Assembly: GCA_965226795.1 (NCBI GenBank)
Contig: CBDDDZ010000002.1
Span: forward strand, 256,001 to 320,000
Origin: Candidatus Latescibacterota bacterium
Lineage (GTDB): Bacteria; Latescibacterota; UBA2968; GCA-2709665
Direction of reading: 5' to 3'
DNA: 64,000 nucleotides
Made by a program: the position numbers and the translations under genes. The notes under the pieces are model-generated. The model ran no database searches and was not told where the DNA came from. It saw only the letters and a list, made by a program, of their open reading frames with translations. Shown piece by piece: positions 1 through 8,094 of the stretch; position 1 is the first letter of the stretch; each line of letters starts with the position of its first letter.

Positions 1-33
1 CCCTACGGTTGGAGCATCGAAACGAATGGATAT

Positions 34-58
34 GAGCAGACAGGAATGTCTGCTCCAC
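34..58 (-). repeat. REP-like palindrome GTGG-AGCAGACATTCCTGTCTGCTC
   Basis: Minus strand reads GTGGAGCAGACA-TTCC-TGTCTGCTC, a GT(A/G)G foot followed by a perfect hairpin. The window also opens with CCCTAC, the tail of a GTAG REP. Confidence 0.55.
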
Positions 59-204
59 CCTCTCAACCATATGTGCACCGAGTCGAAATATCGTGAATGC
101 CGTTTTATCTGTTTGGATATCCCATAATTGGTGGCCCCGAACCCGCCGCGGACCAGAGCACTGTGAGTGATATCCATTTTTCGATATTCTGTATCTGCGA
201 CCAT

Positions 205-2166
205 CTATGGTCTCTCTATTCTGAACCTCGTCTCCAGCACGTCGTCTCCGCTTCCACCGAACGGCACCTCGAGGAGCCACGGCGCGGTTTGTCCGCGGCG
301 GTGGGCGTTCGGTCGCAGCCATTTGACGTTCCGCCGAAGCTTCGTCGTCCCCAACCTTTTGCTATCGAAGTCGATCCCGACTGCCACGTCCCCGCAAACC
401 GCACGAAAGCCGCCGGGCGAGCCCGTGACCTCGACACCGTAGTCGAAATGGAAGAGGGCTCTGTGGAACTTTCTGCTCTCGCTTCGTGCGCTGTCGGTGA
501 GCTGCCATTCGTTGCGTGATCCGAGACGTATTTCGCGCGACCATGTAACGCCGCCTGTGGTCTTCAGCGTTCCCCTCATTACCGATTCCGTGCCGACGCG
601 GAGCGAACTTTCCACCGAAGCGGCAGCGACGCCCCAAACGTCGACGAGATCCTCGGGGCGAGACCTTGGCTGCCCATCGGTGAGAACGACGGACTTGGAT
701 AGGTCGGAATAGGGATAGCCCCGAGCCGGCTTTCCGCGGTGCCGGGATCCGTTGACATGGATGTAGAGTTCGTTCGACGGGAGCCACAGGATCGGCACCC
801 CACGGGCCAGGAATGTGATGCCAAGGGTGTCGTCGTGCGCGTGCCCGGTTACGTCGCACTCCCCGTCCGGGATGTTCAGAGTGATGGCGGTGGCGTTCCT
901 CTTCCAGGAACTGCGGACAACGGCGATGCCGGTTGCTGGCAGCCGGACACCGCCGGGAAGCGAGGGCCGAGGTTTCGCGGAACGTGCCTGCAGCAAGGGA
1001 GGCAGGTGACGGTTCAGTCCCAACCGCTGAAGCACTTCACCGCAGATTCCACTGTCCAGCGCGAAGCTGCCCAGGCCGAGGAGACTCGCCGTCGCCGGTG
1101 CCGCGGGAGGCTCACCGTCCCCTACCGGGGGAAGATGGCCCGAGGGCAGGACCGTGAGCGCCATCTGCTCTGCGGCCCGACGTATGACCTTGCGGTCTTC
1201 GGCGTCCATGAGCCGCACACGATTCAGCTTTGCGACCAGGAGCGGCGCGAGAAACATTTCGAGCGTGACCATCGCATAGCTGCCGGACCGCTCGACGTAA
1301 CAGCCGTCCGAAAGGAAGCTTCCCGCCGCATGGCGCTTCAGATTCCTTCGGGCCAACGTCGACAGGCGTTGAAGTCGCGGCGTCTCGGGGAAGTACATCG
1401 CCATAACCGCGGGAACGTTACAGGTCCGCATGATGTGGTGGTTGTTGCGCGCGTAGGGCGAATTTTCGAAGTGGATGTAGGCCGCGGAAGTGAACCACAT
1501 GGCCTTGATGAACGCGAAGGCCGTGTCGACGGGGACCTCCGGTGCGAATACGATCCCGCTCTGGATACAGCTGATCCAGTTGAAGAGCCGGTGGCCGCTC
1601 GGCATGGACTTCTCTCCGGTGGAACGGCAGAAAATCATGTCTTCACCTGTGAATTCCGGATCGAGTCTGAACGGCCAGTCGGTCACCCAGCGGGCGGCGA
1701 ACTCGGCGAACTTTGCGGCGTATGCACCCTCCCGGGAGGCGGCGTGGGCGATGGCGAGATCGCGCATAAAGGGACAACACTTGAAGGTGTTGCCCGGCAC
1801 AAAAAGACTGAGCGTATCGGGCGTGACCCAGTCCAGGTCCCTGCCGAACCGGAGTTCCATCCCCGGCGACATAACAAGTATGTTCCGAAGCGCGAGATCG
1901 GCGCGCGCCGTGAAATCCTCGATATCCGGCCGGAGTACCGGGGGCCAGAGATGACGCACTTCGCCCCTTCGTCCATCCCGAAGGTCGCACAGCCATCGCG
2001 GGGACCGGCGATTTCGGAAATGGTTCACAAACTCCGATCGTGCAGCGTCGAGGTCGCCTTTATCGACAAGAGAGGGGACGCGCCGGAGCTCTTCGGACGA
2101 TCCCTCAAACTCGAGGAGGAAGTCGCGATCCGAGAATTCGGTCAGACTGCGCGGAAGTTCAGTCAT
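205..2166 (-). CDS. heparinase II/III family protein (polysaccharide lyase-like)
   Basis: 653-aa ORF with NNHH motif, DG(C)YVERSGSY, RSSW and GHAHDDTL motifs typical of Hepar_II_III proteins. Confidence 0.8.
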   Translation of the reverse strand: MTELPRSLTEFSDRDFLLEFEGSSEELRRVPSLVDKGDLDAARSEFVNHFRNRRSPRWLCDLRDGRRGEVRHLWPPVLRPDIEDFTARADLALRNILVMSPGMELRFGRDLDWVTPDTLSLFVPGNTFKCCPFMRDLAIAHAASREGAYAAKFAEFAARWVTDWPFRLDPEFTGEDMIFCRSTGEKSMPSGHRLFNWISCIQSGIVFAPEVPVDTAFAFIKAMWFTSAAYIHFENSPYARNNHHIMRTCNVPAVMAMYFPETPRLQRLSTLARRNLKRHAAGSFLSDGCYVERSGSYAMVTLEMFLAPLLVAKLNRVRLMDAEDRKVIRRAAEQMALTVLPSGHLPPVGDGEPPAAPATASLLGLGSFALDSGICGEVLQRLGLNRHLPPLLQARSAKPRPSLPGGVRLPATGIAVVRSSWKRNATAITLNIPDGECDVTGHAHDDTLGITFLARGVPILWLPSNELYIHVNGSRHRGKPARGYPYSDLSKSVVLTDGQPRSRPEDLVDVWGVAAASVESSLRVGTESVMRGTLKTTGGVTWSREIRLGSRNEWQLTDSARSESRKFHRALFHFDYGVEVTGSPGGFRAVCGDVAVGIDFDSKRLGTTKLRRNVKWLRPNAHRRGQTAPWLLEVPFGGSGDDVLETRFRIERP

Positions 2167-2351
2167 AACGCTCCGATCGGGGCCGCTGTCTCACGGCCTC
2201 CTGGATAGGTTGTACACGGTCATTATTTCCGGTCTCCGCCGGTTCTGTCACTAGCCTGCCGGCCTGCCGTTTCCTCCGACCGCCCGTCTCGCTGCGTACC
2301 TATCGTTGCATACACTGAGCCAGCCAAAGGTAGTCCGTAGAACCGGCTTGC

Positions 2352-2580
2352 CGAAATGCCCGCGTTTCGAAATGCCCGCGTTTCGTGACCCGTTTGGCGC
2401 CATTCATTGCCCTTCGCCGACCCTTCGACCCTTCGACAGGCTCAGGGACCACAAGCCCAGGGACCACAAGCTCAGGGAGCGGCTCTCAGGGTACAGGCTT
2501 TATGATGTCCTTTGTTTGCGTCTTATGCGTTGCCTGTGCTGCTTGCGTTGAGCTTGTCGAAATGGCCTGTCGAAACGCGC
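2352..2580. repeat. nested CCCTTCGACA(A/G)GCTCAGGGA / TTGAGCTTGTCGAAA repeat cluster, copy 1
   Basis: CGCCGACCCTTCGACCCTTCGACAGGCTCAGGGACCACAAG (2415-) is shared with 19763-. Tandem GAAATGCCCGCGTTTC x2; TTGAGCTTGTCGAAATG at 2548. Confidence 0.8.
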
Positions 2581-2803
2581 TCTTCGACCTTACACGATCG
2601 TCCGAACACCGCGGTCCAGCCGGGATGAAACCATGGGTGGTCCGCAATCTGCATGATCATCAGGCAGTAGCCGTCGACAGCCCCGGCAGCGTTCGCGCGA
2701 GGCACCTCGCGTCGCTGCGTCCTTGACACCGCGCGTCGTCTGTGGCTAAATATGCTCACTCATTTCGAACGACCGCACCAGCCAACAATCAAGGAGCCTT
2801 TCC

Positions 2804-3778
2804 GTGAACGTCCCACCGACAGACGGCATACGGGTTCCCGTCGAAGACCTGCGGCGTCTCGTCTCAAGGATCTACGAGGCCGTCCCTCTGCCGCTGGAGC
2901 ACGCCCGCCTGATCGCCGATCTGCTGGTCGACACCGAACTGCGCGGCGTGGTCAGCCACGGCGTGGCGCAGGTGGAGCGATACGTCCGCTCGTTCCAGGA
3001 AGGACGCGCCAACCCCGATCCGTCCATCAAGGTCCTCCACGAGAGTCCAACGACCGCCGCACTCAGCGGGGACGGCGGTCTCGGAATGATCGTCGCCACC
3101 CGGGCGATGCAAATGGCCATTGCCAAAGCCAGAGAACTCGGCGTCGGCGTGGTCACCACCGTCTATCACGACCATCTGGGAAGCTCGGGGAAGTACGTGC
3201 GCATGGCCCTGAAGGAGGACCTCATCGGCATCAGCCTTTCCGGTCGGAGCGCCGCCCCGTCGTACGACAATAGCATCCGCGGCTCGATCCAGGGCAGTCC
3301 GCCGTTGGCCTTCGGGATGCCAGCGGGCCGGGGTCAACCCAACTTCCTGCTGGACTATGCCAGCCATTTCGTGGCGGCTGACGAAGAGGTCCGCAAGAAT
3401 CCGGCGGTCTTCGTGAAGGCCATCGGCATGTCTCACGTGGCCAACATCCTCTCGGGGACCCTGGGGGGACAGATGCTGCCCGAATTCGACCGGCGAACCG
3501 CGAAGTTCCAGGGCGCGGACCAGTCCGGATTTCACATGGCGCTGGACGTGAGTTGCTTCACGTCTCTCAACGCCTTCAAGGCGGACATGGACTACCTGAT
3601 GGACGAGACGGCGAAGATGCAGCCTATGCCCGGACTCCCGGATGCGGGCCTGCCGGGACAGAGGGCCCGGCAAAAGGAGGCCGACTACCGGAAGAATGGC
3701 ATTCCCATTGCCGCGAAGGCGGTAACGTCGCTCGAGGGCCTGGCCCGCGAGTTCTCTCTCCCGGTCCCCTGGAAGTAG
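2804..3778 (+). CDS. Ldh_2 family (malate/L-lactate/ureidoglycolate dehydrogenase-like) oxidoreductase
   Basis: ELRGVVSHG, GDGGLG and HLG motifs; AAGGAG RBS upstream of GTG. Confidence 0.88.
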   Translation: MNVPPTDGIRVPVEDLRRLVSRIYEAVPLPLEHARLIADLLVDTELRGVVSHGVAQVERYVRSFQEGRANPDPSIKVLHESPTTAALSGDGGLGMIVATRAMQMAIAKARELGVGVVTTVYHDHLGSSGKYVRMALKEDLIGISLSGRSAAPSYDNSIRGSIQGSPPLAFGMPAGRGQPNFLLDYASHFVAADEEVRKNPAVFVKAIGMSHVANILSGTLGGQMLPEFDRRTAKFQGADQSGFHMALDVSCFTSLNAFKADMDYLMDETAKMQPMPGLPDAGLPGQRARQKEADYRKNGIPIAAKAVTSLEGLAREFSLPVPWK

Positions 3779-3821
3779 AGTCCCGGCTCAGCTGCGTCGT
3801 TTGGTAAGTAATTCCCTTTCT

Positions 3822-4943
3822 TTACCGGAACCAGTCATAGTTCAGCCCTAGAGATCGGTCCTCGAGAGGAAGCTGGACGCGGTCTCCACCACGCGCCGAA
3901 GACAGCTTCAGCGCGACCTCAACCTCCAGGGCGACGGCGACTCGCCGACCTGAGTTCTTCGGCTCGTCGAGACGGCCGTCCATGCAGTCGATCACGTCGT
4001 TCAGCGAGTAGACTGCGCCATACGGAAACGCCATCTGCGGATCCGGCCACGGCATCTCGACCCGATCGTTGCCGGACCTCTCAAGCTGCTGTCTCAGATG
4101 CCATCGACGGTCCGCCCCGAACTCGATCTCTCCCGTGCTCCCTTCCAGGCGGACCCCCGGAGCTCCCGTGCGAAAATGCACCACCGTGTGGTCTGCCGCG
4201 ACCATGATACCCTGGCCGGTGAATTCGTCGCTTCCTCCGGGACCGCCGAACTCGTCGGTGCCCTCCCCCCGACGGGGCAGGTCTCCGATTCCCGAGACCC
4301 AGGCCGGCGCGCTGTCCAGGAAATACGACCAGTTCTGATGTTGAGCGAATGGTCCGGGCGCCTCTATTGACCGGATCTCTCCGATGGCCCCGCTCTGAAC
4401 CAGTTCTCTGGCTTTGGCGAATGAGGGGTGGGTCGTCGTGATCGCGCCGCAGCTCAGGGGGACGCCCGCATCAGCGCACGTGGCTACCATGCGGTCCGCC
4501 TCCTCGAGCGTGTGACACATCGGCTTGTCCGTAACGATGCCATGTGCACCGCACGCCACGGCCAGGCACGTCAGATCGGCGCGCCCCTTCGTATTCGTGG
4601 CGATGGCCACGATGTCCAGTTGCTCGGCTCGGAGCATCTCTTCGGCATCCGTGTAGGTCGCCACGATCCCGTAGCGCTCGGTGAACGCCGCGAGCCGTTT
4701 CGGGTCCCGGTCGGCTGCCGTCACCAGTTCCACCTCGGGCCGGTTGTGCAGCGCCTCCGCGTAGGAGGATGGATTCCCCTCGGTGCCCGGATGGTCGTGG
4801 TGGTGGAATCGGCGATGGACGTCCAGCCGGGGAGTCGGGCGGTTCACGTCGTCGATGTCGAACCGGTCGGGGATGCGCGCCGCCAGATCGTAGAGCATGC
4901 CCATCCAACCCAGTCCGATCACTCCCGCTCGATATTTCGCCAT
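3822..4943 (-). CDS. Gfo/Idh/MocA family oxidoreductase
   Basis: N-terminal GVIGLGWMG Rossmann motif, DKPM (EKP-like) motif. Confidence 0.88.
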   Translation of the reverse strand: MAKYRAGVIGLGWMGMLYDLAARIPDRFDIDDVNRPTPRLDVHRRFHHHDHPGTEGNPSSYAEALHNRPEVELVTAADRDPKRLAAFTERYGIVATYTDAEEMLRAEQLDIVAIATNTKGRADLTCLAVACGAHGIVTDKPMCHTLEEADRMVATCADAGVPLSCGAITTTHPSFAKARELVQSGAIGEIRSIEAPGPFAQHQNWSYFLDSAPAWVSGIGDLPRRGEGTDEFGGPGGSDEFTGQGIMVAADHTVVHFRTGAPGVRLEGSTGEIEFGADRRWHLRQQLERSGNDRVEMPWPDPQMAFPYGAVYSLNDVIDCMDGRLDEPKNSGRRVAVALEVEVALKLSSARGGDRVQLPLEDRSLGLNYDWFR

Positions 4944-4973
4944 GGTTACTCCTATCGTTATGCTTCAAAAACA

Positions 4974-5946
4974 AGCTATCAGCGGTCAGCTATCAGCGGT
5001 CAGCTATCAGCGTTCAGCAAGAAGCAAAACCATCAAAACCTGCGCCTGTTGCCATTCAGCAGGGACAATTCTTGCATGGAACTGCGTTCCGGTCGGCCAC
5101 AGGCTTTACCTCTCCCATTCACTTTTATTTTCTCTTCGTCCTTTTTCTTATTCGCGTAAGAAAAAGGACCAAAAAGAACCGCGCCTGCCTGCCGAGCACG
5201 ACTCGGCGCAGGCAGGCCGCTCGGCGCGGGGCCGGTTTTTCAGCGAATTGCCTCATGAGACCGGAAAGACGATTGTGCCCTGGGTACGCGTTCGAACACA
5301 CGACGCCCCGGTGCTGAACGGAATAACGCGGAAAAACCCACCTCTCCGCCACCGATCGCGTGAGGGATAAATCTCAGGAGCGATTAAACCTTTCTGCGAT
5401 AAGAATTGCGAGTTTTTCCGTGCATTGATGTTTCTGGACGTTAAAGCGCGGAGAATCCAGTTCCACCCCCGAAGCGGGTGGCCTGTTGTTCCGGTGATGT
5501 TGCGGGACAACAGGGGACGCTTGGTGTTGGCGTTCGATGCTGATGGTGAGCGGTGCGTTTTATGCCGCGAACAGACCCCCCACACCACCGGTCGCGCCGT
5601 TGTTGTATACGTAGGGGCGACCCATGGGTCGCCTGCCTGGTGGCTCTGATGAAACCATGCCGGTATCTAACGCGATGCGTTTCGAGAGGACTACCAGAGC
5701 AGAGCGCGCGATTCCGTCCAATGCAGGGGTACGATCTGCTTCCGAGGCTGGCAGGGCAGAGTATCATGTGGATCCCGTAAGGCGATTCGCGCTGTGCATA
5801 AGGCAGGCCCCGCGCCCAGCGGCGACTTTTGGTTCCTTTTGGTCGCTTCAAAAGGAACCCGCCGGAGGAAGGGAATTTGGGGAGAGGTGGTTTTTGAATT
5901 TGGTTTTCCCCTATTGCTTTCGGCTGAACGCTGTACGCTGCCTGCT
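4974..5946 (+). mobile_element. modular structured non-coding element, copy A (heptamer array - L arm - cassette M1 - REP/M2 - R arm - heptamer array)
   Basis: L hairpin 5138-5169, 33-bp palindrome 5184-5216, GTAG REP 5611-5633, R hairpin GGTTCCTTTTGGTCGCTTCAAAAGGAACC 5831-5859. Homologous to five other intergenic loci; mobility is inferred. Confidence 0.75.
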
Positions 5947-6122
5947 ACGGTCTCACTGATGTGCATCCATCCACGTCAAAACATGCTGGTGTTCCTGCCG
6001 TGCATCCTGTATGGTATACACCTCCGTGGGACATACCTCAAGACAATTTCGGGAACCTCTTGTTCACGGTCCGAATCCGCGGGGTCCGGAAGGCGTCAAT
6101 CCTCACGTCAGGAGTCACAATC

Positions 6123-6899
6123 ATGCGAAGCAGCAAGTTGCTCGCGAAGGTGCGGGATGGCAAGCCGGCTCGGATCTGCGGACTCGGCCACTTCATACCG
6201 GCATACATCCGGATGGCCGCGACCGCCGGTTTCGACTGCATCTGGCTGGATGGGGAGCATCGCTGTTTTACGGACCGCGAAATCCAGGCAATGCTCGCCT
6301 ACTTCCACCTATACGATATCGACTGCATGTTTCGCCCACCGACCACCGAGAAGACGAGGCTGTATCGATATCTGGAGGACGGCGCGACCGGCCTGATGAT
6401 ACCCCACGTCTCGACGCCGGAGAAGGCGCGGATGCTGGTTGACGCGGTCAAGTTTCCGCCCGTTGGCGACCGCGGTATGGACGGGGCCGGGCTCGACAGC
6501 GAATTTTTCCTGGACGGCGGGGAATCCTACGTCGAGGAGGCCAACCGCGAGACATTTCTCGTTGTACAAATCGAAACGTCGCAGGCCCTGGAAAACCTCG
6601 ACGCGATCGCATCCATCGAGGGTGTCGATGGGCTGTTCGTCGGCCCGGGGGACCTGGGTTTAAGGATCCAACGACTGAAGGAAGGTTTCACGCTTGACGA
6701 AGCCATTAGAAAAGTCGCGGACGTCGCGGGCGAACGGGGTGTGGCGTGGGGCTGTCCGGCGGCTTCCGCGGACCACGTTCAGGAACTCTGCGACATGGGC
6801 GCAAAGCTGGTCGCATACGGCAGCGAGTTCTTCGCGCTTATGCAGATGCTCGAAGTCTGTTCGCGAGACCTCGACGGGGTCTATGGCGACGGATCCTGA
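6123..6899 (+). CDS. HpcH/HpaI aldolase/citrate lyase family protein
   Basis: GFDCIWLDGEH, KFPPVGDRG, VQIET and FVGPGDL motifs; GGAG RBS before ATG 6123. Confidence 0.92.
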   Translation: MRSSKLLAKVRDGKPARICGLGHFIPAYIRMAATAGFDCIWLDGEHRCFTDREIQAMLAYFHLYDIDCMFRPPTTEKTRLYRYLEDGATGLMIPHVSTPEKARMLVDAVKFPPVGDRGMDGAGLDSEFFLDGGESYVEEANRETFLVVQIETSQALENLDAIASIEGVDGLFVGPGDLGLRIQRLKEGFTLDEAIRKVADVAGERGVAWGCPAASADHVQELCDMGAKLVAYGSEFFALMQMLEVCSRDLDGVYGDGS

Positions 6900-7041
6900 G
6901 GTTCGCGGCCTGTCAGTCCGTCATTCCACCGCGACCGGGCCGCAGGCGTCGATCGGCTTTCAACCGCCCGGTGAAGATTGCGAACTCTACTTAGTCCCTT
7001 CTGTTTGATCGCCGCGAAGTCTCATCGAGCAGCCAGGGCGA

Positions 7042-8055
7042 TCAGGTTCCCTCGAATCGCGCCAGCAGTTCGGCCGCCCTTTCCCGCGTAGCCGGGTCAT
7101 TGTGCCGCGCGATGATGCGCTGGAGCGCTGAGACGGCCTTCTCGTCTCCCTGCTCGGCCATGTCGAAGGCCATCCGGTCCCGCCTGTCGTGGTAACTGTT
7201 GTCGTACTCCGCGATCTCGAGTTCGTAGTTCTCCCAGTAGTTCTTCAGCGATTCGTTTTTCCAGCCTGCATAGATATTCTCCCAGGTGTTCGGCTGGCTG
7301 TGGGGAAGAATGCTCCCCGGCGCGATGGGATCACTGACTCTTTGGTATCGCGCGTCGATGGACATGCGGAGACGGTCGGACCGGTTCGGAAGGCCCTTGT
7401 GGACAAGCATACTGTGGAAAAAGAGGACGTCGCCCTGCTCGAACGGTCCGCTGACCCAGGCTCCTTCGAGCGGATCGGTGATCTCGATTCCGCCCGCTCC
7501 CAGAGACGGCTTGAAGTCGTACACGCCCTGGCGATGAGAACCGGCGGCGACCTGCAGGCCGCCCATCTCGAACGGCAGATCGCTGAGCGGAATCCACGCG
7601 GTGTACGTTTCGGGTGTTCCCTGGATGGGAATGAAGTCCTGATGGGCCGGGGTCGTATACGCCTCCCGTTGAGGAAAGATGGTCCTCGCGATGATGCGCG
7701 CATGAGGCAGAATCGGTTCGCCGGCCATTCGCTCGAGAAGGGTAACGATGTTCGGGTGATGCTGGAGCGCGTGAAACGCCTCTAACCCATACATGGCGGC
7801 ATAGACATCCATGTAGGCCGGCTCGGGCTCGACGCAGAAGCCGTCCAGGTCTGCTATCCCGTCCTCCAGCGGCGTGTCCTTCCTGACCCATCCGGCTTCC
7901 CGGGTGATCTCGAGGAACCCCTTTCGCAATTCCGCCAGGATCTCGTTGGGTAACATGCCGCGTACGAAGAGGTATCCGTCGCGGTGCATACGCTCTCTCA
8001 GTCGAGGTCCGTTTCCCGCTATGTCGGTCGAATCTTCAAATGGCTTCAAAATCAA
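7042..8055 (-). CDS. phytanoyl-CoA dioxygenase (PhyH) family Fe(II)/2OG dioxygenase
   Basis: TPAHQD, WIPL, GSH, GDVLFFHSMLVH and RMSIDARY motifs. Confidence 0.9.
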   Translation of the reverse strand: MILKPFEDSTDIAGNGPRLRERMHRDGYLFVRGMLPNEILAELRKGFLEITREAGWVRKDTPLEDGIADLDGFCVEPEPAYMDVYAAMYGLEAFHALQHHPNIVTLLERMAGEPILPHARIIARTIFPQREAYTTPAHQDFIPIQGTPETYTAWIPLSDLPFEMGGLQVAAGSHRQGVYDFKPSLGAGGIEITDPLEGAWVSGPFEQGDVLFFHSMLVHKGLPNRSDRLRMSIDARYQRVSDPIAPGSILPHSQPNTWENIYAGWKNESLKNYWENYELEIAEYDNSYHDRRDRMAFDMAEQGDEKAVSALQRIIARHNDPATRERAAELLARFEGT

Positions 8056-8094
8056 CCCTCCCCATCAGGTGTGTTCGAAACGCTTTGCCCTCGT

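Noticed and set aside
2600..2710. Minus-strand peptide ...VDGYCLMIMQIADH as a RAYT (YCLMxNHxH) remnant
   Set aside because: The HUH motif is missing and the match is only four residues.
5425..5649. Cassette M1 as a small protein gene (MFLDVKARRIQF...)
   Set aside because: Copy C has TGA at the Trp codon, and only about 6 of ~22 differences are synonymous, so there is no sign of coding selection.
5646..5690. CTGATGA followed by a stem in module M2, as a possible hammerhead ribozyme core
   Set aside because: The required GAAA after stem II is absent (GAGA in copy A, CAGA in copy D), and in D the CTCTG pairs with CAGAG as a plain stem.
4974..5946. CRISPR array or tRNA/rRNA within the repeats
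   Set aside because: No regularly spaced identical repeats with unique spacers, no cas genes, and no cloverleaf or rRNA signature.
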